Assembly (NCBI GenBank): GCA_050013735.1
Contig: JBEKEQ010000002.1
Coordinates: 11,834 to 75,833, forward strand
DNA length: 64,000 bases
From: Terracidiphilus sp.
GTDB lineage: Bacteria > Acidobacteriota > Terriglobia > Terriglobales > Acidobacteriaceae
Direction of reading: 5' to 3'
Part shown: piece by piece, positions 9,929-17,921 of the stretch
How the letters are laid out: every line of letters starts with the position of its first letter
Numbering within the stretch: the stretch's first letter is position 1
The notes under the pieces: generated by a model
Database searches by the model: none
Told to the model about the DNA's origin: nothing
What the model saw: only the letters and a program-made list of their open reading frames with translations
Made by a program: the position numbers and the translations under genes

Positions 9929-10834
9929 ATGCCGATTTATTCCATGACCGGGTTTGCGCGTGTGCAGGTACGCGTGCCCATTCGAGATGAGGATCAGCTC
10001 AGTTACACGCTCACATTAAAGAGCGTGAATCATCGATTTCTTGACGTGCAGTTGCGCCTGCCGCCGGGGCTGGATGCGCTGGAAACCGAGCTGCGCAAGG
10101 CGCTCAAGGACAATCTGATTCGCGGTCATGTGGATCTGGCGCTTTCAGTGGATCGAAGCGCGCAACAAAAAGCGGGATACAATCGCGAACTCGTGGCCGG
10201 CTACCTTGAGGCCTTTGCCGCGGCGCACCACGATTTTGGCCTCACGGGCGAGGCTGACCTGAACGTGATTCTGCGATTGCCTGGCGCGTTGCAAAGCGGC
10301 AATCGAGACGACGCAGACATGACTGCCCTGGCCGAAAGCGCGCTCAAAGAGATTGGGCCGCTGCTCGAGCAGTTGAAGAGCATGCGCGCGCGCGAGGGTG
10401 AAGCGTTGGAGTCGATTCTTAACGGCACGCTGGACCGCCTGGCCGACGCTACCGATGGAGTTGCGGCGCTGCGTCCTGAGGTGGAAGAACGCTACCAGGA
10501 GCGGTTGACGCAGCGGCTGCTTGCGGCCACCGGGCCGGAGTTTAACCGGCAGCGGCTGCTCGAGGAAGTCGCCGTGCTGGTGGAGCGCAGCGACATTGCC
10601 GAGGAACTAACCCGCATGCACACGCATATCGGGCATTTTCGTGAGCTGCTGCGCGCCGGGGGCGAGTTGGGCAAGAAGCTGGATTTTCTGCTGCAGGAGA
10701 TGAACCGCGAGGCCAATACGCTGCTTTCAAAGACGGGCAGCGTGGCCGGCAAAGGGACTCGCATTACGGAACTTGGGCTGGCGATGAAGTCGGAGATCGA
10801 AAAGGCTCGGGAACAGATTCAGAACGTGGAGTGA
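9929..10834 (+). CDS. yicC: YicC/YloC family stress-induced protein (endoribonuclease family)
   Basis: The N-terminus MPIYSMTGFARV, the segment ..LKSVNHRFLDV.. and the C-terminal motif ..KLDFLLQEMNREANTLLSK.. are typical of YicC. It sits immediately upstream of gmk-rpoZ, as in many bacteria. Confidence 0.85.
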   Translation: MPIYSMTGFARVQVRVPIRDEDQLSYTLTLKSVNHRFLDVQLRLPPGLDALETELRKALKDNLIRGHVDLALSVDRSAQQKAGYNRELVAGYLEAFAAAHHDFGLTGEADLNVILRLPGALQSGNRDDADMTALAESALKEIGPLLEQLKSMRAREGEALESILNGTLDRLADATDGVAALRPEVEERYQERLTQRLLAATGPEFNRQRLLEEVAVLVERSDIAEELTRMHTHIGHFRELLRAGGELGKKLDFLLQEMNREANTLLSKTGSVAGKGTRITELGLAMKSEIEKAREQIQNVE

Positions 10835-10836
10835 AG

Positions 10837-10999
10837 ACAGTGGACAGTATGCAGTGCACAGTGAACAGTGAGAGATGAACAGAGGTCAGTGGCTAGAGGT
10901 CCGGTGAAATGGTCGCGATTCTTGCGGTTCGTCAGACAATTCCCTGGATCCCACACCCGCTCAAGCTTTCGGCATAACACTGTCCACTGTGCACTGTTC
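10837..10999. repeat. Inverted-repeat element built from CAGTG-periodic repeats (left arm about 10837-10902, right arm 10978-10999)
   Basis: The left arm reads GACAGTGGACAGTATGCAGTGCACAGTGAACAGTG. The reverse complement of the right arm is GAACAGTGCACAGTGGACAGTG. The arms match over roughly 19-20 nt with 1-2 mismatches and are separated by about 105 nt of non-coding spacer between yicC and gmk. Confidence 0.6.
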
Positions 11000-11023
11000 G
11001 CCGATCACTCGTAAGGGGCAATC

Positions 11024-11830
11024 GTGGCAGGGATTCTTTTTATCATTTCGGCGCCTTCGGGCTCGGGCAAGAGCACGCTGGTAAGCGAATTGCGCAAGCA
11101 GGTGACCGGCGTGGACTTTGCCGTCTCATGGACCACGCGTGCTCCTCGCGGCTCAGAGGAGAACGGGCGCGAATACAACTTCACCACCCGCGAGGAGTTC
11201 GAGCGGATGATTGGCGAAGGCGTCTTCCTGGAGCACGCCGAGGTTTTCGGAAAATATTATGGAACGGCGCGGCAGTCGTTGAAAGATGCGCTGAGTGCCG
11301 GTCACGACCTGGTGCTCGATATCGATGTGCAGGGCGCGGCGCAGGTGCGGGCCAAAATGCCTGAGGCAGTGAGCATTTTTGTCATGCCGCCCAACCCGCG
11401 AGTTCTGCGTACCCGGCTGCGCAATCGCAGCCGCGCTGAGGGCGTGGTGAACGAAGAAGAGGTGTTCCGGAGGCTGAGGGCGGCGAGCCGGGAGATTGAG
11501 AATTATCGCGAGTACGGTTATATTTTGGTCAATGACATTCTGGACCGGGCGGTAGCGCAACTGGAAGCGATTGTGCTTGCCGAGCGCTATTATCGCAATG
11601 GCGAGTCCATCGCCTATCGTTCGCGCCGGGTGTTGGAGGTTGCCGCGGCTTGCCTGCAATTTAACTCGCAGGAGCGGCTTGAGCCCGTACTGGAGGCATT
11701 TGGCCTGCTTGACTCGAACGGGCAGCAACATTTGAACTTTGACGAGGACTCCGAAGAGGAAGATCCCGAAGAGGAAAATTCGGAGGAGGAAGACTCAGAC
11801 GAGCATAAGGAGAGTTCCAGTGATGATTGA
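11024..11830 (+). CDS. gmk: Guanylate kinase with a roughly 75-aa C-terminal extension ending in a polyacidic tail
   Basis: GTG at 11024 follows AAGGGG. It has the P-loop ISAPSGSGKSTL and ..TTRAPRGSEENGREYNF... The tail reads DEDSEEEDPEEENSEEEDSDEHKESSSDD. Confidence 0.9.
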   Translation: MAGILFIISAPSGSGKSTLVSELRKQVTGVDFAVSWTTRAPRGSEENGREYNFTTREEFERMIGEGVFLEHAEVFGKYYGTARQSLKDALSAGHDLVLDIDVQGAAQVRAKMPEAVSIFVMPPNPRVLRTRLRNRSRAEGVVNEEEVFRRLRAASREIENYREYGYILVNDILDRAVAQLEAIVLAERYYRNGESIAYRSRRVLEVAAACLQFNSQERLEPVLEAFGLLDSNGQQHLNFDEDSEEEDPEEENSEEEDSDEHKESSSDD

Positions 11831-12050
11831 GACCAGCTTCGATTCGAATTACCGAAAAGTCCTGGTAGCCGCGCGGCGCGCCCGCCAGATCCAGAGCGGT
11901 TCCCACGCTCTGGTTCACACGCAGTCCACCAAGGCCTGCCGCATCGCCCAGGATGAAATTGACGCAGGCAAAATTTCCTACGTCAAGACGGAGGTTGCGG
12001 TGGTTAAGCCGTTGATCGAAGGCCCGGCGATTCCCATACTGCTGAGCTGA
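11823..12050 (+). CDS. rpoZ: DNA-directed RNA polymerase subunit omega
   Basis: MIETSFDSNYRKVLVAARRARQIQSG.. is omega-like, and the gene occupies the conserved position after gmk. ATG at 11823 overlaps the gmk stop by 8 nt. The longer track ORF (11739) reads the purine-rich gmk tail in another frame. Confidence 0.8.
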   Translation: MIETSFDSNYRKVLVAARRARQIQSGSHALVHTQSTKACRIAQDEIDAGKISYVKTEVAVVKPLIEGPAIPILLS

Positions 12051-12086
12051 CCCCCCTTCCACAATCGAAACAGCTACAATCGATGC

Positions 12087-13412
12087 ATGCGAGTGACCGT
12101 GGGCGTCTCCGGCGGAATTGCCGCGTACAAGGCGGCGGAGTTGGTGCGCGCCTTGCAGCGCCAGGCCCTGGAAGTTCACGTGGTGATGACCTCGGCGGCG
12201 TGCAGGTTTGTACAGCCGCTCACCTTTGCCGCGCTCACGGGACACAAAGTCATCACCAGCCTGTGGGATGAATGGGGCAACGATGCCGGTGAGGGTTCGG
12301 GCGCGAGCGATCAAAACGGCATTGAGCACATTGGCGAGGCGCAATGGGCCGATGCCCTGGTGGTGGCCCCGGCCACGGCCAACATACTGGCCAAATTTGC
12401 GCACGGCGTCGCGGACGATTTTCTGACCACCATGTACCTGGCCACGCGGTCGCCGGTGCTTGTGGCTCCGGCCATGAACGTGAATATGTGGGAGCATCCG
12501 GCCACGCAAGCCAACCTGGAGTTGCTGCGCGGGCGCGGCGTGCGCGTGGTGGAACCGGGCACGGGCGAGCTGGCCTGCGGCATGGTGGGCGCGGGACGCA
12601 TGGCCGAGCCGGAGGCGATTGCCGACGCGGTGCTGGGTGCTCTGGGCCGCAGGCATGACCTTGCGGGCGAAATCCTGCTGGTGACCGCTGGAGGCACGCG
12701 CGAGGCGCTGGACCCGGTGCGGTATCTGGGCAATCGCTCCAGCGGCAAAATGGGCTACGCGCTGGCTGAAGCCGCGCAGAGCAGGGGCGCAAAGGTGATT
12801 CTCATTAGCGGTCCGTCGGCCCTGTATGCGCCGGCGCACTGCGAACTGGTGAAGGTGACGACGGCGGGGCAGATGAGGCAGGCGGTGCTGGAACGCATGG
12901 CCGAGGCCACGCTGATTGTGAAGGCTGCGGCAGTGGCAGACTACAGGCCGGTGACGGTCTCTGAGCAAAAGTTGAAACGCAGCGGGCCCATCACCATTGA
13001 GCTGGCGCCGACAGAAGACATTCTGGCCGAGGTGGTGCGCAAGCGGCGCCCCGGCCAGCTCATTGTGGGCTTTGCAGCGGAAACAGAAAACCGCATGCAG
13101 AACGGCCGCGCCAAGCTGCTGCGCAAGGGCGCGGACGCCATTGTGGTGAACGATGTGACGGCTGACGGCGTGGGCATTGAGGCAGACCTGAACGCGGCCA
13201 CATTCCTGACGCCGACCACTGCCACCGAGCTGCCTGAGATGCCCAAGCGCCAGCTCGCCGACCGCGTTCTCGATGAGATTCTCACCCTTCGCCGCCCGCG
13301 CCCCCTGGTGATGGAAGTGGAGGAGCACCGCGATGAGCGGTCGCGGCAGGAACAAGTGCTGAGCGAGGCCGCACCCAATGCAGCCACGCGCCGTCAACTG
13401 ATTGTGGAGTGA
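12087..13412 (+). CDS. coaBC: Bifunctional phosphopantothenoylcysteine decarboxylase / phosphopantothenate-cysteine ligase
   Basis: The N-terminal flavoprotein domain shows VGVSGGIAAYKA and ..PAMNVNMW... The C-terminal CoaB domain shows ..TAGGTREALDPVRYLGNRSSGKMG.. and ..AAAVADYRP... Confidence 0.9.
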   Translation: MRVTVGVSGGIAAYKAAELVRALQRQALEVHVVMTSAACRFVQPLTFAALTGHKVITSLWDEWGNDAGEGSGASDQNGIEHIGEAQWADALVVAPATANILAKFAHGVADDFLTTMYLATRSPVLVAPAMNVNMWEHPATQANLELLRGRGVRVVEPGTGELACGMVGAGRMAEPEAIADAVLGALGRRHDLAGEILLVTAGGTREALDPVRYLGNRSSGKMGYALAEAAQSRGAKVILISGPSALYAPAHCELVKVTTAGQMRQAVLERMAEATLIVKAAAVADYRPVTVSEQKLKRSGPITIELAPTEDILAEVVRKRRPGQLIVGFAAETENRMQNGRAKLLRKGADAIVVNDVTADGVGIEADLNAATFLTPTTATELPEMPKRQLADRVLDEILTLRRPRPLVMEVEEHRDERSRQEQVLSEAAPNAATRRQLIVE

Positions 13413-14215
13413 GAGAATTGCCGCGAAAGCTCGATGCCGCAACCCGTGAGGCGCTGGTGGAGCGCGTCCGCTTCTATCGCGATCTGGGCTTGACGGAGTT
13501 TTATCGCCGTCCCGTGGACCCCGCTCTGCTTACGGCCGAAGCCTTCGATGATCAGCCAACTGCTTCTCAGGAGGAACACCCAATTCCGTCCCGCAAGACG
13601 ATCTACGCCCAGCCGCGAATAGTCGAAACCGTTGGCGCCGTCGATCCGGCGATGGCGCTCCAAATCATTCGCGAAGAAATTGGCGATTGCACCCGCTGCG
13701 CACTGCACAAGGGCCGCAACAAGCTGGTCTTTGGCGACGGTTCGCCGACGGCGCGGCTGATGTTTGTGGGCGAAGGTCCGGGCGCGGATGAAGATGCGCA
13801 GGGGCTGCCGTTTGTGGGCAAGGCGGGGCAACTGCTGAACAACATGATTACAGCCATGGGCCTGAAGCGCGAGGAAGTTTACATTGCCAACGTGGTCAAG
13901 TGCCGTCCGCCGGGAAACCGCACGCCGGAGCCGGATGAAATGAATACTTGCTCGCCATTCCTATTCCGGCAAATTGAAGCCATTCGTCCGCAGGTGCTGG
14001 TCGCCCTGGGCGCGACGGCGGCCACGTGCCTTCTGGGACAGCGGCAACCGCTGGCCGGACTGCGCGGTCGGGTTCATGCGTTTCGCGGAATGCAGCTGAT
14101 TGTGACCTATCATCCGGCATATTTGCTGCGCGATCCGCGGCAAAAAAAGGAAGCTTGGGCCGATTTGCAAATTGCCATGCGGGAGCTGGGGCTGAAGGCG
14201 CCGAAGCGGGGATGA
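13409..14215 (+). CDS. Uracil-DNA glycosylase, family 4
   Basis: It carries the motifs FVGEGPGADEDAQGLPFVGKAGQLL and ..TYHPAYLLR... The GTG start overlaps the coaBC stop. Confidence 0.85.
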   Translation: MRELPRKLDAATREALVERVRFYRDLGLTEFYRRPVDPALLTAEAFDDQPTASQEEHPIPSRKTIYAQPRIVETVGAVDPAMALQIIREEIGDCTRCALHKGRNKLVFGDGSPTARLMFVGEGPGADEDAQGLPFVGKAGQLLNNMITAMGLKREEVYIANVVKCRPPGNRTPEPDEMNTCSPFLFRQIEAIRPQVLVALGATAATCLLGQRQPLAGLRGRVHAFRGMQLIVTYHPAYLLRDPRQKKEAWADLQIAMRELGLKAPKRG

Positions 14216-14276
14216 GCTGCGGTCCCGATTCGTAATCTGCCCGTCCAGCGATGTGGTCAAGGGTGAGATATGCGTT

Positions 14277-15044
14277 TCAGCCCTGGTCACGCCACAGCGC
14301 CACGCCGCCGAGAAGGCCGGTTTCGTTGGAGACGACGGTTACGTTTTCGGGAAGCGTGACGGTGATCTTCTTGGTGTTGCCGCCGCCCAGGTAGAGGTGG
14401 TCCCAGTTGAACAAGGCTTCAGTCTGTGCAATCGCGGCGAGGAGCAGCTCATTCCACTTTTTCTTGCCGAACGCATCGAGGCCGCGGCGCCCGATGTAGT
14501 CCTCATAAGTCTTTTTGCGCCAGGGATGGTGACCGAGCTCAAGGCCGGGGACCAGGTGGCCGTCCGTGAAGAGCGCCGCGCCCAGACCTGTGCCCAGGGT
14601 AAGCACCAGTTCCACGCCGTGGCCCTTGATGGCGCCGTAGCCGGCAACATCGGCGTCGTTGCCCACGCGGACGGGCTTCTTCCAGCGTTTTCTCAGTTCC
14701 GCTTCCAGCGGGAAGCCCTTGGCCCACAGCGGATGCAAGTTGAAACCAAGATAAGTGCAGCCGTGCTTGACTACGCCGGGAAATCCTACCGACACGCGGT
14801 CAAACGCCGGCATCAGCTTGCGCAGTTGATCGAGACCCTTCAGCACAGCATTGGGCGTGGGGATGGCCGGGGTGACCACGCGCTGGCGTTCGCTTACCGG
14901 CTTTCCCTTGGCATCCAGAAGGATGGCCTTGAGGCCTGATCCGCCGATGTCGATGGCCATGGTGATGGGGTGGAGGGTGGTTGACTTGATGCTTGGCGGG
15001 GCGGCGGGCGGCGCAGATGCGACAGAATCGGTTTTGGGTGTCAT
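14277..15044 (-). CDS. ppgK: Polyphosphate glucokinase / ROK-family sugar kinase
   Basis: It shows AIDIGGSGLKA, ..VGFPGVV.., ..VGNDADVAGYG.., ..LTLGTGLGAALF.. and ..LELGHH... The start is uncertain: candidates are GTG 15113, ATG 15044 and ATG 14960. Confidence 0.75.
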   Translation of the reverse strand: MTPKTDSVASAPPAAPPSIKSTTLHPITMAIDIGGSGLKAILLDAKGKPVSERQRVVTPAIPTPNAVLKGLDQLRKLMPAFDRVSVGFPGVVKHGCTYLGFNLHPLWAKGFPLEAELRKRWKKPVRVGNDADVAGYGAIKGHGVELVLTLGTGLGAALFTDGHLVPGLELGHHPWRKKTYEDYIGRRGLDAFGKKKWNELLLAAIAQTEALFNWDHLYLGGGNTKKITVTLPENVTVVSNETGLLGGVALWRDQG

Positions 15045-15152
15045 CAGCAGGATTGTACTGCGCGCGGGCGGGATTGCAAGAGTGCAATGCCAGAGATGCA
15101 CCGAGGGCGGCACGGGCGCGAGCCGAATCCCCTACACTGAGGCTTGACTCTG

Positions 15153-17783
15153 ATGCCTGCCTATTGCGAAGTCGCGTTGCCGGTGCCGCTGGACCGCGGG
15201 TTTACCTACGCGGTGCGCGAAGGCCAGACTCCCCAACGCGGGGCGCGGGTGATCGTGCCTTTTCGCAATGAAAAACTGATCGGGGTGGTGACCGGAGTGG
15301 GCGCGGAGGCGCCGGCGGATTTCGAGGCGCGCTTTCTCGAGGCTGTGCTGGACGAGGAACCGCTGCTGAGCGACAGCCTGCTGGCGTTGGCGGAGTGGAT
15401 GGCGCAGTATTACCTTGCGCCCCTGGGCGAGGTACTGCGTGGAATGTTGCCGCTGATGGCTGAGGTGCGGCGGACCGTTTATTACCGCATTACCGATCTG
15501 GGGCGGGATGTGCTGGCGGAGAGTATGGATGGGGATTCGGGGCTGGTCCTAGGCCAGTCGTCGGAAGAGCATCTCTCAGGGGCTGAAGCCCAAAATCATT
15601 TGGAGGGGTTTTCGGCACGACTAAAGTCGTGCCCTGATGCAGATCTGGACTCTCCAAAAGCGTTTAAGGCTCCGGCCAATTCGAGGGGCTCGAAGCGCAA
15701 GGGCAAGCTCTCGGCAGAAGAGCAGGATCTGGAGCGGCGAGTGCTTTCACGCCTGGGCCAGGGTGAGTCGGTGAAGGTGTCCACATTGCGCACGGCGACC
15801 GCGGCGACGCTGCCGGTTCTGGCCGCACTGGTGCGCAAAAAGTGGATTGTCCGCGAGACGGCCGCCGCCGAACGGGATGCGCGGCGGATGGAGCGGTTTG
15901 CTGTTCTGGTTCCGGAGGCGCGGCTGCCGGCGCTGACCCAGAAGCAACAGGCGATTCTGGCGGAACTTGCAGCGTGCGACGGGGAATTGGCGCTGGCTGA
16001 GTTGCGGGCGCGGGATCTGCCCTCGTCGACGCTGCAAACGCTGGTGCGGCGGGGGCTGGTGCGGATCGACGAACGGCCTGCGGTTTTCCACCTGGGCGGC
16101 CTGCGGCCGGTTGCGGAGCCGTTCCGGCTGAATGAAGCGCAGACCGATGCGCTGGCCGAGATTGCTACGGCGCTGGGGAGATTTCGGCCATTTTTGCTGC
16201 ACGGGGTGACTGGTTCGGGAAAAACGGCGGTCTATTTGGCGGCCATGCAGAGGGCGCTGGAGCGGGGACTGTCGTCGATCCTGCTGGTTCCCGAGATCGG
16301 CCTGACGCCGCAGACGGCAGGGCTGCTGGACGCAGCGTTCGGGCCAAAGGTGGCGCTCTTGCACTCAGCGCTTACGCCGGAAGAGCGCAGCGAGCAGTGG
16401 CGGCGCATCAAGCGAGGCGACGCGCCGATTGTGGTGGGAACCCGGTCGGCCATCTTTGCCCCCGCGCCCAACCTGGGCCTGATCCTGGTGGATGAGGAGC
16501 ACGACCAGAGCTACAAACAAGAGGAAACGCCGCGTTACAACGCGCGGGATGTTGCCGTGATGCGTGCCAAGCTGGAGGGCGCGGTGGTGGTGCTGGGGTC
16601 GGCGACGCCGAGCCTGGAGAGCTGGCAGAACACCATTGCGCAGACGGGAAGGCAAGGCAAGTACACGCGGATCGAGATGCGCGACCGGGTGATGAACCGG
16701 CCCCTGCCGGAAGTGGAACTGATCGACATGCGGCGCGAGTTCCAGGAGACGGGGCAGGAGCAGCTTTTTTCGCGCGCGCTGGTTGATCAGACACGGCAAG
16801 CGCTGGAACGCGGGGAGCAGGCGCTGATCTTGCTGAATCGGCGCGGGTACTCGTTTGCCGTGATCTGCCGGGCGTGCGGAGAAAAGCTGGAGTGCCAGAA
16901 CTGCGCGATTTCACTGACGCATCATAAGCCGGCTGGCGACGATGCGGGCGTGGCGCGCGAAGGACAGCGGCTGGAGTGCCACTATTGCGGGTTTCGAAGG
17001 ACGGTTCCGGCGCGCTGCCCGAAGTGCGAGAGCGAGCACCTTTACTACCTGGGCGCGGGATCGGAGCAGGGCGAGGAGCGGCTGGGAGAGATTTTTCCGG
17101 GAGCGCGGATCGGGCGCATGGACCGCGACACGGTGCGAGGGCGCTACGACCTGGAACGGCTGCTGGCGCGGCTGCACTCTGGCGAGATCAACCTGCTGGT
17201 GGGGACGCAGATGATCGCCAAGGGGCACGACATTCACGGCATCACGCTGGTGGGTGTGGTGGGCTGCGACCACGCGCTATCGATGCCGGATTTTCGGGCC
17301 GCGGAGCGTGTGTTCCAGTTGATGCCGCAGGTTTCAGGGCGCGCGGGGCGCGGCGAACTGCCGGGCCGCGTGGTGGTGCAGACTTACTATCCCGATCACT
17401 ACGCGATTCTGGCGGCGAGCAAGCACGATTACGCCAGCTTTGTGGAGCGCGAACTGAAATACCGGCGCTGGATGCACTATCCGCCGTTTGGAGTGCTGGC
17501 CAACGTGCTGGTGCAGTCGCAAAAACTTGAAGAGGCTGCGGGGTGGTCAGCGGTGCTGGGCAAGTGGTTCCAGAAGGCCGCGCCGGAAGGGGTGCGGGTG
17601 CTGGGTCCGTGCACCGCGCCCATTGCGCGCATCAAGGGGACGTACCGGTTTCACATGATTTTGAAGGCCGGTTCGCGCAAGTCGCTGAATGCGGCGCTCA
17701 AGGGAATGCTGGCGCATGCGGATGAGGCAGGTGTGCCGCGAAGGAATCTGGCGGTGGACGTGGATGCGCTGCGGCTGATGTAA
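15153..17783 (+). CDS. priA: Primosomal protein N' (replication restart helicase PriA) with a lineage-specific low-complexity insert
   Basis: The N-terminus contains AYCEVALPVPL. Walker A is HGVTGSGKT and the DEAH-like box is LVDEEHD. The Cys-rich region carries CRACG..CQNC..CHYCG..CPKC, and ..GTQMIAKGHD.. is present. ATG at 15153 is preferred over TTG 15144. Confidence 0.9.
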   Translation: MPAYCEVALPVPLDRGFTYAVREGQTPQRGARVIVPFRNEKLIGVVTGVGAEAPADFEARFLEAVLDEEPLLSDSLLALAEWMAQYYLAPLGEVLRGMLPLMAEVRRTVYYRITDLGRDVLAESMDGDSGLVLGQSSEEHLSGAEAQNHLEGFSARLKSCPDADLDSPKAFKAPANSRGSKRKGKLSAEEQDLERRVLSRLGQGESVKVSTLRTATAATLPVLAALVRKKWIVRETAAAERDARRMERFAVLVPEARLPALTQKQQAILAELAACDGELALAELRARDLPSSTLQTLVRRGLVRIDERPAVFHLGGLRPVAEPFRLNEAQTDALAEIATALGRFRPFLLHGVTGSGKTAVYLAAMQRALERGLSSILLVPEIGLTPQTAGLLDAAFGPKVALLHSALTPEERSEQWRRIKRGDAPIVVGTRSAIFAPAPNLGLILVDEEHDQSYKQEETPRYNARDVAVMRAKLEGAVVVLGSATPSLESWQNTIAQTGRQGKYTRIEMRDRVMNRPLPEVELIDMRREFQETGQEQLFSRALVDQTRQALERGEQALILLNRRGYSFAVICRACGEKLECQNCAISLTHHKPAGDDAGVAREGQRLECHYCGFRRTVPARCPKCESEHLYYLGAGSEQGEERLGEIFPGARIGRMDRDTVRGRYDLERLLARLHSGEINLLVGTQMIAKGHDIHGITLVGVVGCDHALSMPDFRAAERVFQLMPQVSGRAGRGELPGRVVVQTYYPDHYAILAASKHDYASFVERELKYRRWMHYPPFGVLANVLVQSQKLEEAAGWSAVLGKWFQKAAPEGVRVLGPCTAPIARIKGTYRFHMILKAGSRKSLNAALKGMLAHADEAGVPRRNLAVDVDALRLM
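15614..15633. repeat. REP-like perfect hairpin GGCACGAC-TAAA-GTCGTGCC embedded in-frame in priA
   Basis: The stem is a perfect 8 bp with a 4-nt loop. Related copies lie at 30032-30051, 34049-34069 and (split) 34143-34207. Here it encodes ..SARLKSC.. within the PriA insert. Confidence 0.6.
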
Positions 17784-17921
17784 CCACCTGCGGTGGGGCA
17801 GACGCTCGCTGTTCGCTCGCACGGGCTTTATTCGCTTCCCACCCTGCGCTAGAAACAAGCGCAAGGACGGGTCTCCGTCAGAGTTACCGTCGTTCGCGGA
17901 GTTAGCAGGTCAGCGCTACCC

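Noticed and set aside
10837-10902. The CAGTG-rich repeats (also at 30087-30134 and 33971-34009) considered as a possible CRISPR array.
   Set aside because: The period is only 6-7 nt with no spacers of 25-40 nt. There are no cas genes and the arrays are under 70 nt. They are microsatellite or REP-like elements, not CRISPR.
11661-13442. A 593-aa ORF on the minus strand spanning rpoZ and coaBC.
   Set aside because: It lies antisense to a gene with unmistakable CoaBC motifs. Its translation is Arg/Ala/Gly/His-rich low complexity, typical of shadow ORFs in high-G+C DNA, and has no recognisable domain.
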